Shown here piece by piece: positions 39,387-50,382 of a DNA stretch of 64,000 bases. The position numbers and the translations under genes were made by a program. Under the pieces are notes generated by a model that was given only the letters and a program-made list of their open reading frames with translations, had not been told where the DNA came from and searched no databases. The DNA is from Andalucia godoyi And28. Taxonomy: Eukaryota; Protista; Jakobida. Positions within the stretch are counted from its first letter, which is position 1; each line of letters opens with the position of its first letter. The DNA lies in NCBI GenBank assembly GCA_009859145.1, contig VRVR01000046.1, positions 62,001 to 126,000 of the forward strand, written 5' to 3'.

Positions 39387-41588
39387 CTACTTATGTTGGT
39401 GGGCCAGAGACGAAACAATTCCCTGTTTGTAGTCTTCAAAATCACCCGGAAACTTGTCCACAGACTCGCCATTGGCATAGAGAATTTCATTACAGACTGC
39501 GCTGATGACCAGCTCGTCGTGTGAGACCATGATCAACCCTCCGTTCCACTGTGTGAGGGAGTCGATCAGGGCTTGGACGGTCTCCATGTCGAGGTGGTTT
39601 GTCGGCTCATCCAACAACAAAATGTGCGGCATTGTCAGCGCAATTGCAGCAAATGCCACACGGCACTTCTGACCACCAGACAGGGTGTAGAGCGGCTGAA
39701 GCGCAGTGTCACCAGAGATTCCAAATGTTCCCAGTTGGGCACGGAGCCGCTCGGGATTCATGCGAGGGAACTGACTGCACATGTTCTCGAGCGCAGACAT
39801 GTGGATGCTCAAGGAATCAGTACTGTGCTGGGTAAACAATGAAATACGAATCTTGCTGGACTTCCACACAGACCCGCGAGTCGGTTGCAAATCGCCAGCC
39901 AAAATATGAAGCAGTGTCGTCTTCCCGGTACCATTGGCACCGACAATGGCAATGCGCGAGTCGAGAGTGATGTTGCAGTTAAAGTTCGAAAACAAGGGCT
40001 TCGCGTCCTTGTTGTATGCGAATGCAACGTCAAACGCTTGCAAAAGCGGCGGATTCAAAATCTCTTCAATCTGCGGAAATGAAAAGTGGATAGAAGGATC
40101 CAAGGAAACGGTGGATGACACTCCCATCTTTTCCAACACCTTCAAACGAGACTGCGCCAACTTTGCAGTCGACGGCCGGCTGCGGTTCTGGTCGATAAAC
40201 TCCATCAGCCGCGCCTTTTGCTTCTCCTGGTTCTCGTTCTGCTTGCTCTGCGACACCAGTTCTTGCTGCCTCGCAATATCAAACGTCGAATAATTTCCGT
40301 GGTAGAGTTTCAGCTTCTTGCCCTGAAGGTAGACGATGTCCGTAACGACAGAATTCAGGAAGTTTTGAGAGTGCGACACAACAATCAACGACTTTGTCCA
40401 CGACTTCAGGAACCCTTCCAACCAAAAGACGGCATGAAGATCGAGATGGTTCGTCGGCTCGTCAAGAAGCAAAACATCCGGCGACACAAACAACGCACGA
40501 GCAAGCGCAACACGCATCTTCCACCCACCTGACAAGTTTCGCGTCGGAAAATGCATGGTTTCCAGTGTGAACTGCAAACCCGACAGAATCTCCGTTGCAC
40601 GAACAACAGACATGTCAATTTCCAGCTCGGACATCCGATCATAGACGTTCTTCAGCTTGTCTGCCGGTGCATCTGGATCCGCAAGCAAACGGGCCTCTTC
40701 CTTCAACAGAAACGCTCGCTCTCGATCACTCGCAAGCACGGTCTCCAACGCAGACATATCGTCACCCATGATTTCTTGCTCAACGTGCAAAATCTGCAAG
40801 TTCTTCGGCACACCCTCCAGTTCGTACTCTGCGATTCGACGCAAAAGCGTGGTCTTTCCAGTACCATTTCGACCGATTAAACCGTAGCGGCGGCCATAAC
40901 CAATTGTCAAGGACGTGTCGTCGAGCAGTTTGAGGTTGCCGACTGTGAGATCGAAGTTCGAGCAGATAATGTCCTTTGATCCACCAGAAGACTCGTTGTT
41001 TCGTCTCAGGAACTGATTCTCTGCAATGCGTTCTTGGGCAGCTCTTCGCTCTTCCAAGTGCTTGAAATACTGTGCAAGTCTCTGCGATTCGTCTGTTGCC
41101 TTTGAGGACGACACGCCCTTCTGCTTCTCCTTTTTCCGGTTCGCAACAGTCGCGTCCCAGTCTTTGAGCTCTTGATTTGCATTTCCTGTCGTCGTCTTCC
41201 GCTGTTCTCGTTGCAACCTTGCTTCAAGCAACGATGCCTCTATACTCACCGATCTTTCCAGGGAGACACCGTCCGCGAGACAGAGATCCTCCTCAGTCAG
41301 CTGCAGCTTTCCTGTCTTTTCCGGGCCAAGAATCCCGGCTTTCGACAGCTTCTGAAAGATCGCGCTTGAAACCGCGTGTGACTCTTCAACTGTTTTCCCA
41401 ACACCAGCATCGTGCAGAAACTGCGAAACCAGAGAAATCGTCTCTGATCTTGGAACTTCAATTCCTGATGAACATGTGTACACGATTAGGTCCAGCATGT
41501 AGTCCAAAACATGCTGCTCGATCATCTGAAACCCTTTCGGCCCAACAGTTTCGGAAACGTGCCCGCGAATCTCCTGTGATGTCGTCAT
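39387..41588 (-). CDS. GCN20: ABC-F family ATPase GCN20/ABCF3
   Basis: Two ABC domains (GRNGTGKTT, LSGGWKMR, LLLDEPTNHLD; GANGTGKTT, LSGGQK), no TM segments, and an N-terminal extension of the GCN20/ABCF3 type. Confidence 0.88.
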   Translation of the reverse strand: MTTSQEIRGHVSETVGPKGFQMIEQHVLDYMLDLIVYTCSSGIEVPRSETISLVSQFLHDAGVGKTVEESHAVSSAIFQKLSKAGILGPEKTGKLQLTEEDLCLADGVSLERSVSIEASLLEARLQREQRKTTTGNANQELKDWDATVANRKKEKQKGVSSSKATDESQRLAQYFKHLEERRAAQERIAENQFLRRNNESSGGSKDIICSNFDLTVGNLKLLDDTSLTIGYGRRYGLIGRNGTGKTTLLRRIAEYELEGVPKNLQILHVEQEIMGDDMSALETVLASDRERAFLLKEEARLLADPDAPADKLKNVYDRMSELEIDMSVVRATEILSGLQFTLETMHFPTRNLSGGWKMRVALARALFVSPDVLLLDEPTNHLDLHAVFWLEGFLKSWTKSLIVVSHSQNFLNSVVTDIVYLQGKKLKLYHGNYSTFDIARQQELVSQSKQNENQEKQKARLMEFIDQNRSRPSTAKLAQSRLKVLEKMGVSSTVSLDPSIHFSFPQIEEILNPPLLQAFDVAFAYNKDAKPLFSNFNCNITLDSRIAIVGANGTGKTTLLHILAGDLQPTRGSVWKSSKIRISLFTQHSTDSLSIHMSALENMCSQFPRMNPERLRAQLGTFGISGDTALQPLYTLSGGQKCRVAFAAIALTMPHILLLDEPTNHLDMETVQALIDSLTQWNGGLIMVSHDELVISAVCNEILYANGESVDKFPGDFEDYKQGIVSSLAHQHK

Positions 41589-41946
41589 TATGCCACCACA
41601 CCACACCACACCACACCACACCACACCAGATCAGATCAGACTTAAATATAGATGTAACAAAATAAAATAAAATTAGAAAATCCTTTTGCTGTTGAAAACA
41701 GCATCAAACTTCGCCAACTCCCAAAGAGGGACAGAGAGAACACAGAGAGAGAGAGAGAGAGCACACAAACTCGAAGAGCGAATGTTTTTTATAAGTGATT
41801 ATGATTTTGGGTTTTCGTTTTATACTTTGGCAATTCGCACTGCGAGATTTCTGTCTAATTTCTTCGTTGTAATTTTTAATAATATTTTTTTTTCAATCCA
41901 ATTCGATACGCTTGTTACTGTGGTCGATTCTGGAAGACGGAGGAAA

Positions 41947-44900
41947 ATGGCTCTAGACTGTGCAAAGGTGTGTGGTCGTCTTTGGGATGCGATCGAGTCG
42001 GTTCGACACACAGAATCCTTCGGAAGGCTCGTGGACTCTCTGGCGTTTCCGATCCTTGGGTATCAGAATTCACGAGATTGGCTTGTGGATGTTGACCCGA
42101 CATGGGCGCCGGAGCGCTCTGTCTCGGGTCGTGCCGAGACCGATAAGATCCTTTCAACCGTCCTATCCGTACTTGACGATATCCAGAAGAGCACAGCCCT
42201 TTCGTCTGCATCTGCATCTGCATCTGCAATGCTAGCTTTGCCATTGTCGCTGTTAACAAAGGTTCGCCCACTCGCGGATGCTGCGAGGTCTGTTCTCGTT
42301 ACCGTTGCAGAGAAACTGGATAAGAAATATGTCAAAATTGTGCAAATGTACGTCTCTGTGCTCGAACGGATGGACACCAATGACTTTGCAAAGCTGGACA
42401 GCGATCGCCAGCAGCTGACGGACTTGTGGATTCTGGTGTGCAACATGAAAAAAGTGGAGAATGGGTCGACATTGTCTTTGTTGTACCCATTGCTGAAAAT
42501 CGTGCTTGCCGATGGCCAAAACTACGTGTTCACCACGGCGGATCAGATGGAGAGTTTGCGATTGGTGCGGCTCTTGTCTTGCAGTGCAGATGCTTCCAGC
42601 TGGGAACGAAACGATGTTTGCTACACGCTGTTCGATTTCTTGGAGTACGGAAGCCCTTCCTTGTTTCATCAAGTTGCGGAGGCTGTGCAAGAACTTGTAT
42701 CATGCGTGTTTCCCCGTGACGTGGAACAGACTCAGTCTGGTAAGAATCGACCGAATGTTGTGGAAGCGATCGCCAGCGGATTTCTTTCCTCAAAGTCTTT
42801 TACGGTTCAAACATCCCTCCGTCTCCTTTCTCCCCTTCTTCCTCAGATTTCAAGGATTGGCGACATGCAGCTTCTCCGGTATGTGGTTTTGCGTCTGTTG
42901 TTCGTGGATAATGCTGACGCAGCTCTGGAAACATTGCCAAAGGCAGACCGACAGTCTGCTTTTGCAAAAATGGAGGCCGAGAATGTATGGGATCTGTTGG
43001 CTCCTCACGCGCTTCACGAGAATTTTGTGAAGGTGCTGGGCAGTTGTCTGGAACAGTCTCCAAAGGCGGCGACAGGCGTTCTAGCCTGCATCATAGAAAC
43101 GGCAAGGGAGCGGATCGCTGAATATCCTGAGATTATGAGGCTGGCAGATGCTTCTGCTCAGGATTCCGAGAATGCCAAATATGCCCAGTCGATTCTAGTG
43201 AACTTGACCAAAGCGATGACCAGCATCGCGACCACATTCACTGTAGACGGCAAATCTTGTCTCGAAAGCTTTGCTTCTCTGCTGATGGACCATGTTACTT
43301 CCCTGACCGATGTCCTCGTATCGGATGCGTTTGTAGAATGCGCGCTGGCAGTTCTGCAAAGGCATCTCCCTGCTGTCCTTGGCACCCCGAAAGACAATCA
43401 TGAAGATCTGGTGGAGATCTATGGTGCTCCGTTGAATGCTGGTGTTGGTGCTCGTCCTGTTGCTCGGCATATCGCAATTGCGGTGAGATGTTTGGCAGAG
43501 ATTTCAATCTTACTGCCGGCCGAACACCCGTCGATTTTGTACATTCTTGACTATGTCGCAGTGTCTTTTGAATACGACTGCATGGACGAAGAGGTGCAAC
43601 AAATCTGTCGCGATGCGGTGTCCAATTTGTTTCGCCACATTCGTTTATGTGGTATGACAGTTGATGTTTCGGGACTTTTGGAGGATTTCTACAAGGCAAT
43701 TGTGAATCCGCAGACGTCCGCCCAGAGGAAGCAGAATGCCTGCTTGGGTGTCTGTGCTGTTGTTCATGGCCTTGGGGTTCGGACGCTCGTTTCCGAGGGT
43801 CTGATGGACTTGCTTTCAGAACCGTTCAAGAAGAAGAAGAAGAAGACTTCGGGATCCACAGCCGAAATTCAAGCAACCAAATCGGGTTGCTTGGCAATTG
43901 CAGCGGCATTGTGGGACACCATGGGCTCGCGACTCGAACCGTTTTTGGACAGTTTCCTTGACTTGGTCCTGAAAGGAACGGCCGATGTGAGCACGGAGAC
44001 GTTGACAACCAGTATTGTCTCCCGCATTTCCACATTCGGAGCTGTTAAATTGCTCGATATTGTTGTTGCCGGCCTCTCTTCGGATCTTTCGTCAGCTTGG
44101 AAAGCAAAAGTGTGTTTGCTTGACATGATCGGTCGCATCACGACGCGCTTCCCTTCTCTCGTGGCGGTACGAATTCAGAACTTCTTGCCAGCTTTGCTGG
44201 ACGCATTGGTCGATTCTCACGACGCAATCCAAGAAGCAGCCAGCAAGTGTTTGCAGCGCATTGGAGGAACAGTGCAAACTCCAGAGCTTCGTGTCCTTGT
44301 CCCGGTTTTGGTGAATGCGTATCGGGTTCAAGATCATGTATCCATCAGTCTCGCGCTTTCGTCTGTGATTCAAACGAGATTCCGACACAATATGGACGGT
44401 CCGGCGGTTGCGTACCTGATTCCTCTCATCATGTACTCTCTGCGCTACGGCGTGTCTTCGGATGATGTGGGCAGCATTGTCCATGCATCCCTTGTGATTT
44501 CTGTGGTTCCCTCTCTTGCGTCCTCTTCCGCGGGGCCGGTGTTTGCGTTCTGTCTGTCAGATCTTCTTGGTCAGTTGCAGAAAGCGCTGTACAATCTGGT
44601 TCCGGCCTGCCGATCGGCTTCTGCGAAGGCCTTGGGGTCGGTGTTCCGCTATTGCAACACAAGTGGTCTTGGTAAGCCGTTGCTGGACGACCTTCGAAAT
44701 GATATGTTGTCAAAGCTCGACTCTGCACAAGGCGGTTTTGTCGAACGAGTGGGAGTTGCGGAAGGGCTGGTGGAGTTGATGGATCAGAATTCGCTGCGAC
44801 CCATCCTCAAGGACACTATCATTCCCAAGGCAGCGGCTCTGAACGATTCCACGCGCACTTCCTCCAAAGAAGCATATTTGTTGTACATTGGCCATCTTCC

Positions 44901-45783
44901 GAAAGCGCTACACCAAAGCGCTGCAGACCTGATTTCGGAGTGTTTCTTCCTTGCTCTGAGTTCCGCGATCTCCACAAATGAAGTCGTGCAGAAGGCAGCT
45001 GTGAAGGCGTGCCAAGAGTTTTTGCTGGAGTTCGTCCCCTCGTCCCCCGGCTCCCTTGTCCCTGGCCTCGAGCAAGGCTTGTTTCATTCCACCGACAAGT
45101 TGCGTTTGTTCTCGATTGAATTTCTCGGCGATGTGCTTCGGCGAACTGCAAAGCACGGAAGTGAAGATGCTCAGGCAATGTCGCCGGTTGGCTCGCTCGT
45201 GGACCTTGGCTTGGCTCTCGAGTCCGAGGAAACGCAGGAACTCTCGGTTGCGATCGATCCGTCTGTGGACACCGTCTGGATCGGCAAGCAGCGATACGAG
45301 AAGATTCGTGAAGCGCACTTCCGTGCATCTTTGGGAGAAGAACTGACTGATCGATTCATTTGCATTTGTCTTGTACTTACCCACGATTCTGCGATCATCG
45401 TGCGCAACAGTGCGACATTGCTATGGAAGTGTATGGTGACGAACCCGTCGATGAGAACACAAAAGATGGTTCCGGCTGTTGTCCGATTCATCGTTGCCGA
45501 ATTGCTCGTCCCTCCATCCGGTGGACCAAAAAACATCAAGCTGGAGATTGGAACACGGACATTGGAACAGTTCTACCAGTTGCACGCACAGCAGACCGCC
45601 AGCGAACTCGGTGCCCTTGTCCGAGAAGTCGCGAATGGCCCGCATGCCGCTCCGCCAATCAAGCAGGGCATTTGCACCGCCCTGATGATCGTGCAGAAAC
45701 TGCAGAATGATTTCAAAGAGTATGTTCTGCAATTTGTGGCGCGGGATCTTCTGAAGACTGTCTGCCCTGCATTTCCTGTGTGA
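41947..45783 (+). CDS. GCN1: GCN1-like HEAT-repeat protein, shortened (~1280 aa)
   Basis: AWKAKVCLL..LVDSHDAIQEAASKCLQRIGGTVQTPEL..QTRFRHNMDGPAVAYLIP..VPACRSASAKALG..VERVGVAEGL follows the central eEF3-like region of GCN1. Confidence 0.78.
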   Translation: MALDCAKVCGRLWDAIESVRHTESFGRLVDSLAFPILGYQNSRDWLVDVDPTWAPERSVSGRAETDKILSTVLSVLDDIQKSTALSSASASASAMLALPLSLLTKVRPLADAARSVLVTVAEKLDKKYVKIVQMYVSVLERMDTNDFAKLDSDRQQLTDLWILVCNMKKVENGSTLSLLYPLLKIVLADGQNYVFTTADQMESLRLVRLLSCSADASSWERNDVCYTLFDFLEYGSPSLFHQVAEAVQELVSCVFPRDVEQTQSGKNRPNVVEAIASGFLSSKSFTVQTSLRLLSPLLPQISRIGDMQLLRYVVLRLLFVDNADAALETLPKADRQSAFAKMEAENVWDLLAPHALHENFVKVLGSCLEQSPKAATGVLACIIETARERIAEYPEIMRLADASAQDSENAKYAQSILVNLTKAMTSIATTFTVDGKSCLESFASLLMDHVTSLTDVLVSDAFVECALAVLQRHLPAVLGTPKDNHEDLVEIYGAPLNAGVGARPVARHIAIAVRCLAEISILLPAEHPSILYILDYVAVSFEYDCMDEEVQQICRDAVSNLFRHIRLCGMTVDVSGLLEDFYKAIVNPQTSAQRKQNACLGVCAVVHGLGVRTLVSEGLMDLLSEPFKKKKKKTSGSTAEIQATKSGCLAIAAALWDTMGSRLEPFLDSFLDLVLKGTADVSTETLTTSIVSRISTFGAVKLLDIVVAGLSSDLSSAWKAKVCLLDMIGRITTRFPSLVAVRIQNFLPALLDALVDSHDAIQEAASKCLQRIGGTVQTPELRVLVPVLVNAYRVQDHVSISLALSSVIQTRFRHNMDGPAVAYLIPLIMYSLRYGVSSDDVGSIVHASLVISVVPSLASSSAGPVFAFCLSDLLGQLQKALYNLVPACRSASAKALGSVFRYCNTSGLGKPLLDDLRNDMLSKLDSAQGGFVERVGVAEGLVELMDQNSLRPILKDTIIPKAAALNDSTRTSSKEAYLLYIGHLPKALHQSAADLISECFFLALSSAISTNEVVQKAAVKACQEFLLEFVPSSPGSLVPGLEQGLFHSTDKLRLFSIEFLGDVLRRTAKHGSEDAQAMSPVGSLVDLGLALESEETQELSVAIDPSVDTVWIGKQRYEKIREAHFRASLGEELTDRFICICLVLTHDSAIIVRNSATLLWKCMVTNPSMRTQKMVPAVVRFIVAELLVPPSGGPKNIKLEIGTRTLEQFYQLHAQQTASELGALVREVANGPHAAPPIKQGICTALMIVQKLQNDFKEYVLQFVARDLLKTVCPAFPV

Positions 45784-46251
45784 GTGGTTGTCGCACGAGC
45801 ACTTCTAGCAACCCTCCTCTTTCGAGGGGTCAGCTCTCGCATTTTGGCGACTCCCCCCCAAAAACCCATAGAACGACTCCCGGCCCTCCGTCTCTTGTGC
45901 TTTTCTGTCTTGTATTGGTCATGCTGCTGCCGCTCGCCAAAACATGAAAATTATTACTGATCATCGGCCAAGCTGTCACCGAAGACAGATCCAAGCCTCG
46001 TTCGTTTTTTTTTTTTTTTGGCTTGTATTTGGGGGCGAGCACCAACTCTTCAATGCACGTTGGCAAGATCCCTCTTTGGAGCCATGAGATGTTTTGTCTT
46101 TGACGAGGTGCTGCTTGAGGGTTCGACCGTAAAATACACAAACAAACAGAAAAATGATAGAAAGAATAAAAAGTGAGAAATGCTCTGATAGACAAATCGC
46201 TCAGATGAGAGGACATTACGACCGAGACGCTGCTGCGGTAAAGCATCGAAC

Positions 46252-46324
46252 GGTCCGTTAGCTCAGTTGGTAGAGCGTCGCTCTGATAAGGCGAAGGTCG
46301 TGGGTTCGATCCCCATGCGGACCA
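46252..46324 (+). tRNA. tRNA-Ile(GAU)
   Basis: Acceptor GGTCCGT/GCGGACC plus A, D arm GCTC..GAGC, anticodon arm TCGCT-CTGATAA-GGCGA, T arm GTGGG-TTCGATC-CCCAT. Confidence 0.92.
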
Positions 46325-46671
46325 ATCTCCATCATTTTCCCTTTTTTTTTTCTGATTTCCCCCTTGTCGAAAGTGGTCCGGCAGAGATTCTGACTCATTT
46401 TCCCCGAAACCCTCCGAAAATCCCCGACGACGGGGCCCATAAAATAATAAGACGCAGAGCCTCGGCTTCCACTTTACCATTCGAATACACACAGACGTTT
46501 TCATGTTTTTGCTACTTCTCGAATGAGCGTCCTCTTCGTTCCTCTTCTTTTCTTTACGTTTTTCTTGATTAAAAAAAATCCTTCCATTCACTTTCCTACA
46601 CTATTGGTTCCTTGCCTTTTTTTTGTGGTTTCTTTTTTTTTTATTTTTTGGTGATTGCTTGCGTTCTGCTG

Positions 46672-48885
46672 ATGACTCTGTTGAATCCGCCGTCGTCTCC
46701 GTCAACGCACTCACGTTCACAGTTGGAGTCGCAGTCGCAGTTGCAGTTGCATTCGGGGTCAGAGGGAGACGGCGAATGTGACGGTGACGGTGAGGGTGAC
46801 GGTGAGGATGGTGAGGGTGAGTCAGATTCAATCAACTCGGACAGAGATCATGATCCTGATTCTGACTCGGACATTTCAGATATCGATGCGGTCACTTCTC
46901 ACGGAATGACTCTCTTCCTCGACGACCTTTTCCGATGCTATGCTGGAGCAGATGGACAAAACGCGGCTGCTTCGGTTACTTCTCATTCGTCGCATGTTCC
47001 TTTAAAAGTACCGTCCTCGTCTCAGTCTTCTCTTGGCGCATCATCATCATCAACAACAACAACAACAACAACAACAACGACAACGACAACGACAGCAGCA
47101 GCAACAGCTGGAGCCGTGACGAGGACAGGTTCGTCATCTTCGACGACCAATGCTGGTGCGCCGAGCCAGACTCCTGTTGTTGCAAAAACGCAGAGAAATG
47201 CATTCATGGTTGCATGTGTGGATCTTGCGAAACGGGATTACTCGGTGTCCGTCATAGATAATGCAGACGGGTCGCTTTGTTCATCGTATCCTCCGCAAAT
47301 CATCCTGTTCAACGAAACTGCAAAGACGAACGATCGAAATGGCTGCGCTTCCAAAAACGGCAGGGATAGTAACCAGGATGCGGGCCTCCGTAACCGTAAC
47401 CGTGACGATGGGGATGGGGATGGGGATGATGATGATGACCAGACGGAATTGAACAGTCTGCAAAGGATACAGGATGATGTGAATGCTGCGGAGATCAAGG
47501 AACTCAGTTACCGGGCGCAGTTTTCAAGAGTCCATGCTCGGTTTGTGGTTCCTGCGGTTCGTGTAGGACCGTATGTTCTGTGTAGATCCTCGGGACTTGC
47601 GGTTCATGCAGAACGAATGTTTCGATCCATCTACAATAGGATCAGCACGTTTTCCCTGCGGTTTCCGTTCCGTGGAAGTGCCTCTGCGGACTCCACTCCG
47701 ACTACTTCGCCAACAAGGACGGTTGCCGGGAAGGCAGCTGACTCAGTGTACACCGAGGACATCCAGCTGATCCAATTGCTCGGCGTAAAGCACATTGTGG
47801 ATCTTATGGTAGACGACAGAATGACAAAATTTGGAGTAGTCGTTTGCGCCTCCTCGGAAAAAGCCGCTGGGGTGTATGCCAAGGATGCAGGGATCAATTT
47901 GCACGTCACCCCGTTTCCGGGTTGCGAGTACTTTCATCTGCAGCCTGAAACTTCGGCAGTGGTGGCGGCCTCCATCCACGGCTCGGCAAGTCCGACCGTC
48001 GTTTCTCCTGCAAGTTCGGTATCATCTGGGAGTCCTTCTCCTGTGCCGCCAACGACGAACGGCACCGGCAACGGCAATGGCAATGGCAATGGCAATCGAC
48101 TGCCGAGCAGGACAGAGCTCTTGCTTCCTGGTGCTGGCGATCAGAATTGCAAGCCATCGCCGAGTGCGTCGTCGGAGAATGGTTCAAAGGACGGCGAAGA
48201 TAATGTTATTGGAGAACCTGCAGACATTGAGGAAACACCAAAGATTCCTCCTTCTGCGTTGATCTTCAACACCGCAAACCCGCTGGAACCCGTTATCACG
48301 GGTTGGCTCACTTCGCGGAGTATCGAGTCGTGCTTGGTTTCCGAGACTACTTCTGCTCTTGGGATTTCTCCCGATCTGCTGTTTGGTAGTAGTGGACATG
48401 ATTTCTCGCAGTTCAAGGAATGGACGCTTGCTGACCTGACCGCAATGTACATGGATATGATGCTGAGATGTCTCTGCGACGGCTCTACGTTGGTTCACTG
48501 CATTTCCGGCTGGGATCGGACGCCGCTGTTTGTTTCTCTTGCACGCATTTCGCTGTGGGCAGATGGGCTTGCACACGCTTCCCTGTCGCCCCATGAAATG
48601 CTCTTCTTCACGGTTGCGTATGACTGGTACTTCTTTTCTCATAAGCTGCGGTTCCGAATCCAGCGAGGAGAAGAAGTGATGAGGGTCTCCTTTGCACTTG
48701 CCAAGGATGTTCTGTGTCGCGAGATGTTTTCCAGGCACGCGATTCGACAGAAGTTAGGCGCTGGAAAGCATCTGATGTCCACTCGGGAACGCGAAGAGAG
48801 AATACGCTCCTTGTGCAACACGTTTGAAGATTTGTACAAGAAACATGTTGTTCAGCACGTTGTATACACCCAGGTCAAAAAGTGA
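46672..48885 (+). CDS. MTMR14: myotubularin-related phosphoinositide phosphatase 14 (Jumpy)
   Basis: Catalytic HCISGWDRTPLFVSL, plus LCSSYP, SRVHARFVVP and TVAYDWYFFSHKL. The start may be 46672 or 46906. Confidence 0.88.
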   Translation: MTLLNPPSSPSTHSRSQLESQSQLQLHSGSEGDGECDGDGEGDGEDGEGESDSINSDRDHDPDSDSDISDIDAVTSHGMTLFLDDLFRCYAGADGQNAAASVTSHSSHVPLKVPSSSQSSLGASSSSTTTTTTTTTTTTTTAAATAGAVTRTGSSSSTTNAGAPSQTPVVAKTQRNAFMVACVDLAKRDYSVSVIDNADGSLCSSYPPQIILFNETAKTNDRNGCASKNGRDSNQDAGLRNRNRDDGDGDGDDDDDQTELNSLQRIQDDVNAAEIKELSYRAQFSRVHARFVVPAVRVGPYVLCRSSGLAVHAERMFRSIYNRISTFSLRFPFRGSASADSTPTTSPTRTVAGKAADSVYTEDIQLIQLLGVKHIVDLMVDDRMTKFGVVVCASSEKAAGVYAKDAGINLHVTPFPGCEYFHLQPETSAVVAASIHGSASPTVVSPASSVSSGSPSPVPPTTNGTGNGNGNGNGNRLPSRTELLLPGAGDQNCKPSPSASSENGSKDGEDNVIGEPADIEETPKIPPSALIFNTANPLEPVITGWLTSRSIESCLVSETTSALGISPDLLFGSSGHDFSQFKEWTLADLTAMYMDMMLRCLCDGSTLVHCISGWDRTPLFVSLARISLWADGLAHASLSPHEMLFFTVAYDWYFFSHKLRFRIQRGEEVMRVSFALAKDVLCREMFSRHAIRQKLGAGKHLMSTREREERIRSLCNTFEDLYKKHVVQHVVYTQVKK

Positions 48886-49082
48886 GAGAAGGTTTCCGCG
48901 AGTATGGTCAAGATTGTTGTTGTGCATTTCGAGCCGCAAGAGCAGAGTGCGGAAATGATTCTATATTATTATTGTTTTTTATTTGCAAGTGCGTCGTTTT
49001 TCGGGGACTGTCACACTGTTCTCGCTTGTCATTTCCGCATCTGCGGATCCTTTTGCTCAGCAGTGGAATCAAAGTACACTTC

Positions 49083-49847
49083 TTATGACAGTGCGAGCTT
49101 CTCGAGTGCGATATCCAATCGCTTCTGCAGAAGATGGATGGTCGTGGCGATTTCCGGAGCTGTCGTTGCGACACTGGAAAACAGTGCTCGAGACAGCGCA
49201 TCCGTCGTCTCTGCAATGCTCTTCTTTGTCTTCTGCAGCATGGACATGTTGTGCGAGTCCATTTCCTGGATTTCACGCATAAGCTCTCGCACTGCCGAAA
49301 TCTCGGCAGCGACTTCCTGAGCAAGTTCTGCAGAAACACCCTGAATGACGATCGGCTCAATCATGGACAGCGTAAGCCCTTGCTGGCCTCTCGGGGGCGA
49401 TGGCGTTTGCGACGTGGTTGTGATGGATTTTTGTAAAACAACCGAGCTAACATTTGATTTTGGAGATCCATACATGGCATTCGCTCCATGGCTGTGGTGA
49501 TGGTTGTTCCGATGATTCGTGGAATCTGCAGTCGCTCCAACAAACAGCTCTCCTGAAGCGTGCTTCGCGTGTTTTGCTTGCGGCGTCTTTGTCGGAGTCG
49601 TTTCTTTTCGAGCCATTTTTGCCGGTGGGGGACTGGAACACTGCAAGCTCGTCTGTCTTTCAGATTCATGTACAAACGACGAGGTGGATGACGCAGACGA
49701 CGCGGAGTTCTTTTGAGGGCTCTCTGGGACAACTGAGTTCAGTGCAGAAGGGACCCTGGGCTGTTTCACAGAACGGTCGTCGTCTTCCGACTCTGCATCC
49801 CAGTTTGCGAGGAAGTCCTCGGTCTCCTTCTGTCGAGATGCTGTCAT
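49083..49847 (-). CDS. hypothetical Ser/Thr-rich protein with a C-terminal coiled coil
   Basis: ATG 49847 (MTASRQ). No family recognised. Confidence 0.6.
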   Translation of the reverse strand: MTASRQKETEDFLANWDAESEDDDRSVKQPRVPSALNSVVPESPQKNSASSASSTSSFVHESERQTSLQCSSPPPAKMARKETTPTKTPQAKHAKHASGELFVGATADSTNHRNNHHHSHGANAMYGSPKSNVSSVVLQKSITTTSQTPSPPRGQQGLTLSMIEPIVIQGVSAELAQEVAAEISAVRELMREIQEMDSHNMSMLQKTKKSIAETTDALSRALFSSVATTAPEIATTIHLLQKRLDIALEKLALS

Positions 49848-50382
49848 GCGTTTGAAAAATGCCTCTCTAGAAGCCCGTGTCAGCCAACAATTCTGGTGCA
49901 TTACCGTTCAACAGCAACAACAAGAACAACAACAACAAGAAGAAGAAGAAGACCCATACTGGACGGGTGCCACCTGGGCATCGTCATCCTCGAACACATT
50001 GGAGTGGCTCATGATCCTTTCAACTCGGAAAAATCCGCCAAAAGAAAGAAAGAAAAAACACCAAAGAACAGCAAAGAGAAACGAAAGACAGAAGAAGCCG
50101 AACGAACGAACGAGCAAATCCGCAGTTTTGAAACGACAAAAACCACTTTGGAGACACGACTTTTCTGAAACTTGTCTTTTGACTGCGTGACTACAACAGT
50201 TTTTAATTTTTGCAGTGAGGCCGCGGCGGAAGAATCATCGATTACAAAGGGATGCGGCTGTCAATATTCGACAGTGTCTCATTGGGCCTCGACCTGCACA
50301 CCTTCAGCCACACTCTCCGATGATGTTCACAGCCGTTCCACCAGATGCTTGGGTTGGAGGGTTATACTACCGATATATTTCT

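Noticed and set aside
45790-45860. Hairpin plus ATTTTGG, suggestive of an Sm-site snRNA
   Set aside because: No recognisable U1/U2/U4/U5 or SL sequence. It lies in the GCN1 3' UTR.
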